Source of the DNA: Mobula hypostoma
Lineage: Eukaryota
Direction of reading: 5' to 3'
Length of the DNA: 64,000 nt
Assembly: GCF_963921235.1 (NCBI RefSeq)
Contig: NC_086097.1
Coordinates: 74,588,001 to 74,652,000 of the forward strand
How positions within the stretch are numbered: position 1 is the stretch's first letter; each line of letters opens with the position of its first letter. Below, in pieces: positions 13,897 to 25,600 of this stretch. Made by a program: the position numbers and the translations under genes. Below the pieces are notes generated by a model. The model was not told where the DNA came from. It was given only the letters and a program-made list of their open reading frames with translations, and ran no database searches.

Positions 13897-14286
13897 TTCG
13901 GGTATGAATGTGGATTGTAAATTTAAAATGTAGCCCAAAACAATAGATTTTTTTTCCTGGAGCTGTGGACTGAAGTTGAATGCAAACCAGACAAGGCTGA
14001 TTAACATTCATTTTGGGTGTCTGGAGTCCAGGCGCAAAGAAGGAGGTGAATGAAAACTGTGTGCAATTCCAAAGGAAGCACTGTAGAAGCATTTCAACTA
14101 TAGAATTGTCCTGCTGTTACCTTTGATCTTTAGCATATAAAAATGTCATGTAATATTGGGTTGGGAGGCCTCTTCCTCCAAGAGTGTCTCAATGTGATGC
14201 CTGCTGCTCACTTTTGTGAATAAAACACACTTTTCTATTCACTAGTTTCAGTGGCTCTCCGGTGACTTTGATCACGTTACAACATT

Positions 14287-14304
14287 TGGGGGCTTATCCA
14301 GGAT
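14287..14304 (+). promoter_or_regulatory. tRNA-Pro primer-binding site
   Basis: 15/18 match to the MLV-type PBS TGGGGGCTCGTCCGGGAT; all three mismatches are transitions at CpG sites. Located 2 nt after the LTR end. Confidence 0.85.
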
Positions 14305-14587
14305 ATCTTCGTAACTTATCCTGTGGACAGTAATCTCAGCAGCTTAAGTGGGTTTTAAAATTAGCACTCACACTCTGACCTGTTCAGGTCAGTGACTACA
14401 GGACCATGAGGTACAAAACCACAGTGGAGAACTGTGCTGGCAGATATAAAAGTAGGGTGGTGTGTGTGCATGTATGTATGTTTATGGAAGAGACGAGACA
14501 TTTTTGTGCGACCTGGGCGAGACAGGGCCTCCAGTTGCAAAGGGTGGCTACTGACCGTTCAGAATGCCAGTGTGTACTTGTTTGGGG

Positions 14588-14903
14588 GTGTGGGCACGTG
14601 GCCAAGTGGTTAAGGCATTCGACTAGCAATATGAAGGTTGTGAGTTTGAGCCCCAGCCGAGGCAGCGTGTTGTGTCCTTGAGCAAGGCACTTAATCACAC
14701 AGTGCTCTGCGGCGATACTAGTGCCAAGCTGTATGGGTCCTAATGCCCTTCCCTTGGACAACATTGGTGTCGTGGAGAGGAGAGACTTGCAGCATGGACA
14801 ACTGTCGGTCTTCCATACAACCTTGCCCAGGCCTGTGCCCTGGAGAGTGAAGACTTTCCAGGCGCAGATCCATGGTCTTGCCAGACTGATGGATGCCTTT
14901 ATT
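14588..14903 (+). mobile_element. tRNA-derived SINE with RTE-related body and tail
   Basis: Perfect 13-bp TSD tacttgtttgggg at 14575-14587 and 14904-14916. A box tggccaagtgg, B-box-like gagtttgagccc, short (ttta) tail. Confidence 0.88.
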
Positions 14904-17900
14904 TACTTGTTTGGGGAAACTGTATAGCAGCAGACTCATTTGCAAATGTGGTTGTGTGTCTAAGAATAAGTCTGTAACTTTGGTGCAATGCCTTTTAAAT
15001 GCAAAGGAATACAACAGGCACACATAAGTGACAGATTGCAGAGTGCATACTCTGCGGTTTTAAATATATACTGTTTAATTTTTATCCTATGTTTATATTT
15101 TGTGTGTGAAAAATATGGTGGAACTTAGTGGGGAGATATATGATGGAGAGGTTATACCCTGATATATCTGTTGGGATGGCACTGATTGAGGTTAGACAAT
15201 GTCAGGTTGAGAACCCTGACGACATGAGCCAGCCCTTGACTTTGAATACGACCATCAGCAAGTCCTTCTCCTCTGGGGAGAAGCAGAGCATTTTGTCAGA
15301 GTTGCCTTCACTTAAAGTCATCAGCCAGAATGTAGAATTCTGGTGTAAGCTCAAGGAAATGATTGAAATTCACCAGCTGCACCCTAAAGATATACTGTGC
15401 ATGTGTTGGCAAAAGTGAAGTGCCCGAGGAATATGTGGGACAGTATGGCCTGGGGGTGAAGGATGGTATATGGGCAACTACTGGGAATGCCAGCAATGAA
15501 GAGAGATATCATTTCTTTCAGGGGGAGGTGAGGCAGTGACTGGGGAGAGGTGAGAGTAACTGGGGAACAATAATGTAAGTGGTTTAGAGATCTAATGAGC
15601 TGCCCTTGAATCATGCAGAACGTAAATATCAAACATATGAGGAGTATTCAGGGTTGGATAATCCAAGGAGGGATGACCCAGATTTCCTGAAAATGCTGAA
15701 GGAAGGCTTGAGGTCAGCCCACCAGGAAGTTTTAGTTTTGGGGATAGCAGTGCGATCGATCTACTCCGTGATAGTATCATGGGCTGGTGAGATCGATCAG
15801 GGAGGGGGAAGAGAAGTCATAAAGTGGCTGTAGTGATTGTAGCTGTTGTGATGTCAGAGAACTTGCTTTTTGTGCCAGCAACTGGGGCATATAGCAAGGA
15901 ACTGCTGGAGTAGATGTGGGAAGGTAAAGGAGATGATTTGTTACCACTGCGGTTTCTCAGGCTATGGTTAGAGGCAGTGTCCTGAAATGAGAGCCAAGTA
16001 TGACGATCACTCGCCAAAGCATGCGGAATCCACAGCAGTGCCCTTTGTTTCTGATTTGACCACTGACCAGATTATGGAGCTGGTGAGGTCAGACAAACAG
16101 TTGACATCACCCTCTATTGCCTGTGGTACGCATTCACAGATATACACAAGAGGTTTATTTGGGGGGGCCAGCAATGTGAAGTGTTAGTAGACGTGGTATT
16201 GTCAGTATTGATAACTGATCTACTCTTGCCCACGACTGGAGAGGCGACTTACATTACCACTGCAGAAGGTGAAATAATGAGGGTGGAGAGAAGTCAGCCC
16301 CAGGTACTTGAGATTGAGAATTGCAGCTTCCTGTCAATTTTTGGGTGTGCCCAAACAATGAAGGCACTGTCCTGCGGATAGACAGACTGAGTAAGACAGG
16401 TGCTATCATAGACTCAGGAAAAGGAGAAATAACATGGACACAACAGGGACAGCGAACATGTGTGACCACAAAGTAGCTAACATGGCCCACAGAGAGACAG
16501 TAGCCCCAAGCAGGGAGGAGAGACAGGACGATGTGTGGAAATCATGTCAAGCGGGCAGGAGGTCCCAAGGAGAGGGACCAAGCAGAGTCAGGAGCTGTTA
16601 AAAGTAGTGCTGCTCCCTGAAGAGGTAGAAGTGATTGAAATAAAGGCTCACCAGAAAGGGGATAGTAAGGAACAGAAAGGGAATGAGAGGGCAGATATCA
16701 GTGCGAGGAGGACAACGGAAGAAGAGGAAGCAACAGAAATTACAAGTGTACAGGAAGAAACTACAGCTGCCAATTTAGCAAGATTAAATGGAGATGTGAA
16801 GGACCGCTGGGACTAGGGTAACACAGCAGCAGTGATATATTGCGGATCAGAGTGAGCCCGAGGGAGAAGATAGCTCTCCCAAGCCAGGTGACCAAGTCAT
16901 AGTAAGGGAGCTGGCTGAAAAGACAGGCTTTGGTCCCAGATGGATAGAACCACAGGTGATGCTTTGGACAAATGACGCCTGTGTTGGTGTGTAGTCCTGG
17001 CAAGGCAGCCAGTAGCAAAACTGGACTCAGGTTAAACCGCATGACTCTCCTTCTTGTCACCCTGCCCCCAACAAAGCGAGGGGTCAAGTGTACCCCATAA
17101 CAGTCTCTTTGCAGAAAACCTAAGTGACGAACAGCAGCCGGCTGCATCCGATCTGACCACACCTGATGGCAGCAGGCCCACAACAAACACAAATGCAGAA
17201 GACACCAAGAGTGTGCCAACAAGTGTGAACAGCATGTTAAAGTATAATGGTAACTGTACTCTGTAATGAAGACCGGTTGCTGAAACTAGATGACTAGTTG
17301 TACAGTTCAGAATAGAAAAAGTATTGGGGAATAGAGCTGGGAAGGGATCTGAGTAACAGTAGAGTCATCAGGTTCTACAACTTCAGTGGTGTGGCAGACT
17401 GAGAAAGAAAATACACACAGCATCTGAAAGCAGTCACACCAGCCTGAATGGGGAGTGAATACAAATGAGCTGAACCCTTTTAGTGGTTGGGCCAGTGATC
17501 GAATGGACAGTTTGGAAGGGGATGCCTCTAGGGTGACGTCCTTGTAGTCATTCTAATAGAAACCCCTCATGTACATCAATGAGAGGGCCTGTGAGTCTGA
17601 TACATTTACCATGCTGGTACCCCTGACCAATAAGCAACCTCTGATAGCCACTGCAGAATTTTAGCTGTCAGAGAATGAAAGGGTGAAGATAAATAATGTG
17701 ATGAAACTACAATTAGCCATCAGGGAAGGAGGTGATGGGCATACAAATGACGAAGATGCATTTTAAGGATTGTTGGTCAAATTTCTGGAATAATCTTTGC
17801 TTAGAGTCTTGTAGATAGCTATTAGGGATGATAGCGTAAATGTAGATGCACATAGGGTAATTGGGAAGGGGTTCCAAAGTACAGGGTATTTTTGCTGCCT

Positions 17901-19051
17901 TATTTGATTAGATCCTCTTGAAAGTTTGGTCTCCCCTGGAACAAATTTATTTTTGTCCAGGAGGGACATGAGGAGGGGCTGTTAGGGCATATTCTGAAGT
18001 TAGGGTACATAGCAAATATTAACTTCATCAGCAGCCAATCTTCAGACTCAAATGTGGATAGTAGATTTAATTTAAAATGTAGCCCCGAACAATAGTTTTC
18101 CTGGAGCTGTGGACAGGCGTTAATTACAAACCAGACAATGCTGATTAACATTAATTTTGGGTGTCTGGGCTGTGAGTGCAAAAGAGGTGTGTGGAAACTC
18201 TATGTAATTCAAAGGAAGCATTGTAAGTACATTGTAAATAAAGAATTGTCTTGCTGTTACCTTTGATCATTAGCATATAAAAATGTTATGTAATATTGGG
18301 CCGGGAGGCTTCTTCCTCCAAGAGTGTCTCATTAAGATGCCTGGTGCTTGTTTTCGTTGAATGAAACACACTTCTATATCCATTAGCTTCAGTGTCTCTC
18401 CCTTGTTCATGTTACAACAGGTACAATGGAGGATTATAATACTTGTAAAGCTATCGTCCACTCTATTTGTGGTTTCCCCAGTCTATGGTGAATGGCAAGT
18501 GTATTTAAGTGCTGTTGGCGCATGGTCAGTGGGAACGGAAGAATTAAGGGAAAATACTTGGGAAGAGATGAGAGTGTTGGATAAGTAGATCACCTGCAAT
18601 GCTAAAAGCTGTGGAAATAAACTTGTGTGGTGCTTGCATTGTGCTGTCAGTGATAGAGCATCATAGTTAGAGAGGAAGGGAACGATGAGGATTTTATCAT
18701 TATTCCAGTTATGAACAGAGTGAATAAAGAGTGAAAAATGGAACAGACACAGCTGAGCGCTCTCTCAAGTACAGCGGAGGGGAATAGTCCTCAAATTAAA
18801 GGAAAGAAAAATAGCTCAGGAGAATTGTTGTGGAAAGAGGAATTGCCAGAACATATGAAAAGGTCAAGAGTATCTAGAAAAAAGTTAATAAATATAGAAG
18901 TGACATAGCTGAGGAGTTGATGGTTAATAATATATAATAGTTAAAAGTCTCTCCTAAAGATCATCTAATGGCACGAGAGGATTGAAAATTGGAATAAAAT
19001 TTCTTCAATCTTTTGAGAACAGGTCAAATGTGGAAAGCAGCATCAATCAAT

Positions 19052-19750
19052 TGGTAGAGTGGAGGAGCAGAGGGATCTCGGGTACATGTCCACAGATCCC
19101 TGAAAGTTGCCTCACAGGTAGATAGGGTAGTTAAGAAAGCTTATGGGATGTTAGCTTTCATAAGTCGAGGGACAGAGTTTATGAGTCGCGATGTAATGAT
19201 GCAGCTCTATAAAACTCTGGTTAGGCCACACTTGGAGTACTGTGTCCAGTTCTGGTCACCTCACTATAGGAAAGATGTGGAAGCATGGGAAAGGGTACAG
19301 AGGAAATTTACCAGGATGCTGCCTGGTTTAGAAAGTATGCATTATGATCAGAGATTAAGGGAGCTAGGGCTTTACTCTTTGGAGAGAAGAAGAATGAGAG
19401 GAGACATGATAGAGGTGTACAAGATAATAAGAGGAATAGATAGAGTGGATAGCCAGTGCCTCTTCCCCAGGGCACCACTGCTCAATACAAGAGGACATGG
19501 CTTTAAGGTAAGGGGTGGGAAGTTCAAGGGGGATATTAGAGGAAGGTTTTTCACTCAGAGAGTGGTTGGTGCGTGGAACGCACTGCCTGAGTCAGTGGTG
19601 GAGGCAGATACACTAGTGAAGTTTAAGAGACTACTAGACAGGTATATGGAGGAATCTAAGGTGGGGGCTTATATGGGAGGCAGGGTTTGAGGGTCGGCAC
19701 AACATTGTGGGCCAAAGGGCCTGTACTGTGCTGTACTATTCTATGATCTA
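19052..19750 (+). mobile_element. Well-preserved 3' end of a CR1 LINE
   Basis: Open ORF 19148-19690 (LYKTLVRPHLEYCVQFWSPHY...RGDMIEVYKI...TRGHGFK...FFTQRVVGAWNALP) followed by a CR1-type 3' UTR ending ctattctatgatcta. Confidence 0.92.
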
Positions 19751-20759
19751 ATCCATCAACATATATAACAAGGACAAGAAAGAGGTCCTAAACAAAAAAT
19801 AAAAACTCTACATATTCTGCCAAAATATTTGTAGAAATATGTGGCAACTAATAAAAAGTTGTTCAATATCAAAACAAGATCAGAAGCAGTTTTTAAACTT
19901 TCTCTCCAATGGCATTATTTGGGCTTTTACATCCATTATTTATGTTCACACTTTATCTCCAGTAAGCACTTCTCTGGTATTCCTTGGACAAGGCTTTGTT
20001 TTTCCCATAGCTGTTTTAGTTCCTCAGTCCCCACTTCAATACTGTGCTGCCAAGTCTGGGCAAAATTCTGTAGCCTTGTGCATTAATATGGGTACTATCA
20101 TTAACACGAATAAAGAATCTAAGTAAAGGAATCCAGAATATGACACTAATCCAGTTATTCCTTCTGCCTTTCAGCAGGAGTTTGAGTTTACCTTTCTACT
20201 CCTTGAATAACCAAACATTCCCTTTGTACTTTATATAGTAAACAAAAGTTATTTCCTTCTCCAACATACATGTGTTGAATTCAACTTCCAGCTTTTACAG
20301 TAGTCGCATTTCCCTGTAAAATAATTTTAAAGCGGGAACTGAATCAAAATATTGCATTAACTTCTTTGGCAATGCAAATACTCAGCATACCTCCGATTGT
20401 ATTAGTACACAACTATGTTGAAACTAGATAAGAATCGAAAATAGAAATCAGGCTAAATATATGTTTGTTCGCTTCCTTAAAAATAACAAACGTGCATTCT
20501 GGAAATCTGAAACGAAACAAAAAATACTGGAAACGTTCAAAAGATGAGGCAACATTCTCTGGAGGGAGAAACAAGAGTTACTGTGCCAGAACTCCGGTTT
20601 TCAGCTGCTATGTTTGACTGATCCAGCCCACGGATTCAACATTTTCATTTAATGCTTCACAAACTCACTGGCTATGAAAAAAAAAGTCCCGAGATCGGAA
20701 AAGGAACATTATAATTCTACATTTTTAACATCCACAAGGTATATCGTTTTTAAATTTTC

Positions 20760-21009
20760 TCCTCGTATCCGTCGACTGCTTATTACCATGGACGTTTGCT
20801 AGCGCGTCTCCAGGGCTACTGCGTGATTGACCAATGATAGCGCTGTTTGCTTTTTAGTGCTTGTGGTTAGCTGCGATTTTGTAGCCAATCAGAAGTTGTG
20901 TTGCTGTTGTCCCGTGGAAGATTCGGTCTTCCGCGGCGGGAAAGTTTTGAGCCGAAGCCGGGCCTGTGTTGGTTTGGTAGATTCAAACGGTGTTAGGTTC
21001 GCTGCTGGG
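20760..21009 (+). promoter_or_regulatory. CpG-rich promoter and 5' UTR of CDIN1
   Basis: Local CpG enrichment. CCAAT boxes at 20831-20835 and 20885-20889, E2F-type GGCGGGAAA at 20935-20943, X-box-like gtctccagggctac at 20806-20819. Lies directly upstream of the start codon. Confidence 0.7.
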
Positions 21010-21110
21010 ATGATCCTTAGTAAGGCGGAGTATGCTGAGATAGCCAAGTATCTGGAACGGCTGCGGCCCAACAGGCAGAGCTTGAAAATGTTGACGAAAC
21101 AGTTCCCCAG
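21010..21110 (+). CDS. CDIN1: First coding exon of CDAN1-interacting nuclease 1 (C15orf41)
   Basis: Translates MILSKAEYAEIAKYLERLRPNRQSLKMLTKQFP, which matches the N-terminus of human CDIN1 as recalled ([33 protein letters not shown]). Ends at a strong donor CAG|GTAAGA after 101 nt (phase 2). Confidence 0.93.
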
Positions 21111-21238
21111 GTAAGAGGTAGAGACAAGTAACATAACTGAAAGCTCGGAGAAAAGGGCTTAGAATTCTCATAGATGCATCACATTGCAACGGGGTGTCTA
21201 TGAATACGATCAGTTTCTACACACAGCAAACTACATTA

Positions 21239-21873
21239 CAGGTTGAGTACCCCTTATCCGAAATGCTTTGGGCTGGAGGTATTTTGGATTTTGGAATGTA
21301 GTATAGACAGCGTAGGATCACCATAATTTCCGACTTTGAATTTACATGCTACTGGTCAACAATCTTTGTCTTACTCTTTTTCATGTATTGATGTAGCTGT
21401 TCATTTGTGTTGGATTTACAGCAGTGACGACCTTGGACCTCATTCCACATTTCTCTGCTGCTTCGTGATCAGATTCTATATCACCATAAATCTTTAAAAC
21501 AATGCCATGCCTTTTCTTAAATTTTTGTAACAGATCTGCTAAATATTCACAATCACTTTCAATTTTCAGTTTGTTGTGATAGATCTTTACTTGTTTCATG
21601 ATCAGTGTACCAGTAAGTGGCATGTATTCACCTGGATGCTGATGAACCCACTTTTTCAAGATATGATTGAGATCTTCATTCTTTTGCTTTATGAAATGTT
21701 TTTCTATTTTTCATTAACTTCCATTCAATACGTATGTGAGGTCACTTCTCAGAACTGTCTGCTGCGCAGAGAACTGTGCATCGCTTTGAAAGTTTCCCGG
21801 TGCCTTGTGGAATTTTTCATTTGTGATGTCATGTCAGTTCTCAAAACATTTCATATAAAGGGTACTCAACCTG
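21239..21873 (-). mobile_element. Non-autonomous Tigger/pogo DNA transposon
   Basis: Terminal inverted repeats CAGGTTGAGTACCC / GGGTACTCAACCTG with TA on both sides. CENP-B-type HTH remnant LQKFKKRHGI (ORF 21381-21659). Confidence 0.9.
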
Positions 21874-21888
21874 TATGAGCAAAGGGGT

Positions 21889-22180
21889 AACGCACAAAAA
21901 TACTGGAAGAACTCAGCAATTCAGCTAGCATCTATGGACAGGAGTAAACAGTCAACATTGTGAGCTGAGACCTTTCTTCAGGACTGTAAAGGAAGGAGTC
22001 AGAGCCCTTGAAAGAATAAAAGCTAAGCAAATGTAATCCTTTCCTCCCCCACATTCTTGTTCTGGCTTCTGCTCCCATCCTTTCCAGTCCCGATGAAGGG
22101 TCTCAGCCCAAAATGTCACTATTTACTCCTTCAGCATGTTATGCATGCTGCTCAAGAGTTCTAGCATCTACAGAATTTCT
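21889..22180. repeat. Degenerate inverted pair of Penelope-like pseudo-LTRs
   Basis: Left arm ...cagtcaacattgtgagctgagacctttcttcaggactg is inverted relative to right arm ccagtcccgatgaagggtctcagcccaaaatgtcact; both hammerhead cores are mutated. Confidence 0.75.
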
Positions 22181-22694
22181 GGTGATTATGATACACATAG
22201 AGATGATCTCTTTTAGGTTATTGAGCTGAATTTCTACTTTTCTTCAGTGAAGGAAGAGCGGAATCCTTTAACTTCTCTCTGACAGTTCAGAATTCCATCA
22301 GTCCTGCACTGGTAGACTTAGCAGAAGAGAGAAGTAGAAAGGAAATGGAGAAAATCTTAGCAGAACAAACAGTTAATGACGAAAAAGTTAGTGAAAGCTA
22401 GCACACTAAAGTGCTTGGAAGACACCTCTGGCCCAGGGAATAGGTTTTTTTAAAAAAAGGAATAATTCACTTGAAATGGAGAAGAAACAATTTTGCCAGG
22501 TAGTTGATAGGTGTAACCAGATTGGGGGAGAGGGGTGTAGAATGGAGGAGAGATGGAACCACACAGAGGAGAGGTGAACAAAAGAAGAATAAACATTTGA
22601 GGATAAATGACTCCGCGTTTGAGGAGAACACCAGTGGTGTCGTTTTATTCAAATTTTTGTTCCAAGCACATACCTCCATGCCATTCCACCCTCC

Positions 22695-25600
22695 CCCCCC
22701 ACACTGAATTCTTTCTCTACTATATCAATAACTGCATAAGTTCTGCTTTCTCCACTTGTGGAACAAATCAGCTTAACACTTTTATTACTAATGTAACTCT
22801 CAGTTTGGCTAGAGGCTTAATCTAGTGGAAGACAGCCCTCGGCCTGGCCAAACTTAAGAAATCTTGTTTTGGTGGATGCTGCGTGATGTGTCCCCTGTTA
22901 CAAATCAGTACCCCAAAATAACAAACAGTACACAATATGTGATTAAACTATTTAGCTTTATATGGTTAGTAAAGAAACAAAAACAAGAAAAGGGCCCATT
23001 CTCATGAAACAGTCTAATGCGCAATGTTGGAGCTCATGGTTCAGTCCACAGGTTTCCCGTCGACCTCCTCCGAGCGTTGCCGACCCTCGGACTCTCGCTC
23101 CAAGTCCACTCTGTCCAGCAGTCTACCAACTCTCTCCATTCCCGTCTTCTCTCCTCATCTCTCCCTGACAAAAGATGTGAAATCCCTGCTCCCAGATCCA
23201 CAAGAAAGAACAATAACCCTCTCACTGGATAGCCGCACATTCCAAAACCCCATTATATCTCGTCATAACCCAAACATAGCTGCTACAAAGAAACCATTAC
23301 GTTAGCAGTGAAACCTTACAGCGTGTTACACTCTTCCCCCATCAAATTTATTCATGTCCTCATGACATTGAGCTAATTTGCCAACCCTTCCTGCAAAACA
23401 TAAAGTCCAATCCAGGTGTAAAAGACAGTAACGTAGCTCCCCAACATGGTAGGGGTCACACTCTGTTCCCCTGGTGCTACGTAGACCTTCCTATCCGGTG
23501 GTCTCCCAATTCTCTGAGACCTCCGTACCCCCTCACCTAACTCTTCAGGTTCAGACACTACTGGGGATACTTCCGGTCTACCTGGCGAGGCCTCCCCCAA
23601 CCTATCACTCGTGCCCACCTGCAACTCGGACCTCTTGGTCCCGTGGCCAAGCCCCCCCCCGCCGTTTCATCCCTTGCAGGGTCCCACTGCAAACAACACT
23701 GTCCACGTATAGCCCCCTCCCTTCACCTGACTCTGCGGGAGAAGGGCTGGAAGTCTCTTCCTCAATCAATGGGGAGTTAGCAAAAGGCAGCATATACCAC
23801 CCATCCTCCGAATCAGTATCCCTCACAGGGGTGGGGGCTGGCCTAACCTCTCCTGCTGTGGGCCCTGCAGTTGCCCTGCATTTCTGCAGAGTCCTCGGAC
23901 TAGGTGTAGTCTCCAAGTTGGGCTCTGGGTCTATCTGCACCTCTTGTCCCAGGGGCAGCTGGTGATTCTGGTGGAGAATCTTGACAGGTCCATTCCCATC
24001 CTCTGGTTTCACCCAGAAAACTTGTAGGTTTGGCATTTGACTCTCCACCACATAGGGCTTAGCAGCCCAATGGTCCACCAACGTATGTTTCCTAGGTAGC
24101 CCCAAATTCCTTATGAGGACAAGGTCTCCTAGCAGGAGTTGGGAGAACATCATCTTTTGATCATACCTCCTCTTATTTCCTTGATTCTGCTTGGCAGCCG
24201 CAACCCCAACTAATTCATAAGCCCTTTACAGCTCTCTACTCATGTCAGACACATACTTCAGATAAGTCTTCGGTGGTAAGTTGCCCTCGTCAGTTCCAAA
24301 GCAAAGGTCAATGGGTAACCTCACGCCTAACCATCAGATAGTATGGCGAGTACCTGATAGCTTCATTTCAGGTACAGTTGTAACTGTGGACCAGATGTCA
24401 AATGTGTTGACTCCACCTGCTCTTCTTGCTGATCTCCAAGGTCCTGAGCATGTCTAGCAAAGTCCGATTAAACCTCTCAGGCTGGAGGTCACCCTGCGGA
24501 TGATAGGGCGTGGTCCTCGACTCCAAGCACGTCCAGTAACTCATTGTTGAGTCTGTTCTCGAAATCCCATCCCTGACTATGTATCCGCCTGGGAAGGCCG
24601 TAATAAATGAAATACTTCTCCCATAACACTTTGGCCACCGTGGACGCCCTCTGGTCCTTGGTAGGAAAAGCCTGTTCATATCTGGGGTGGTAGTCCGTGA
24701 TGACTGGCATCGGGTTCTATTGACAGGAAATCCATACACACCAGGTCCAGGGACCCTGCACTCTGTAAGTGGGACAAGGGAGCTGCCGGCATAGGCAGTG
24801 TCTTCCGTCGTATGCATCAAATGCATGACTTGCGGTATTCTTCGACCTTCGACTTCATTCAGGGCCAGTAAAATCATCATGAAGTGACTTCAGCACAATT
24901 CTCCGATACTTCTCCGGCAGAACCAGATGGTAGCGCTGAGGTCGGTCCGGGGATGACGTGACCCAGTATAGGATCTGGTTTCGCAACTCCAACCGAGGTC
25001 ATTCTCTCAGTAATGGAGGCATCGCCATGTGTTTCGTCTTCTCTACCTGACCAATGTCTTTTCAACCGCTGACCAAATGATACTGATGCCTGGGTCATCT
25101 CGCTGAGCAGCTGCCACTTCCCCAGACCTCAATTCTGGCAGCTGATTTGTCTTCCGAGCAGTCAGGTTACAGTAAACTTGGGGAATGGCGTCATCAGAAG
25201 CTCCCAGTTGATCCACAGCTCGATCCTGCCCCTCCTTTCCCTCTGCCTTCATGGTGATGGCAAACTGACAGATGGCTTTTACCCCTGGGGCAGGAACACT
25301 TTCCCACTCCTCGTCCCTGTCTAGTCTCTCATGCGCCCGTCGGGACAAAGCATCTGCATCGATGTTCCTGCTTCCTGGCTGGTACCTCAGGCTGAAATCA
25401 TAGGCAGACAACGCTGCCAACCACCGATGGCCTGTGGCATCCAGTTTTGCTGAGGTCAGGATATAAGTTAAGGGGTTGTTGTCCGTTCTCACCTCAAACT
25501 TGGCCCTGTAGAGGTAGTTACTCAGCTTATACACCACTGCCCATTTCAATGCCAGAAATTTCAACTTGTGCGTGGGATAGTTTTTCACAGAGGGCGACAG

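Larger units (their letters stand above)
13720..18419 (+). mobile_element. Internally deleted class I (gamma/epsilon-like) endogenous retrovirus
   Basis: LTRs 13720-14284 and 17980-18419 (TGTTAG...GTTACAACA). Primer-binding site tgggggcttatccaggat at 14287-14304. Polypurine tract gaggagggg at 17970-17978. Flanks GGCGC/GGTAC. Protease-like remnant (EVLVD...RIDRLSKTGAII, ~16170-16410) and retroviral RNase H C-terminus LLKVVLLPEEVEVIEIKAHQKGDSKEQKGNERADISAR (ORF 16535-16816). Confidence 0.85.

Noticed and set aside
14590..14665. tRNA gene
   Set aside because: It is the tRNA-like head of a TSD-flanked SINE; no intact acceptor stem or terminator.
19148..19690. Intact 180-aa ORF as a host gene
   Set aside because: It is the C-terminal part of CR1 ORF2 from a 5'-truncated copy.
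20827..21114. 95-aa ORF as an N-terminally extended or single-exon protein
   Set aside because: It starts at TTG under a prokaryotic-style ORF call. Similarity to CDIN1 begins at ATG 21010, and the stop codon lies within the splice donor.
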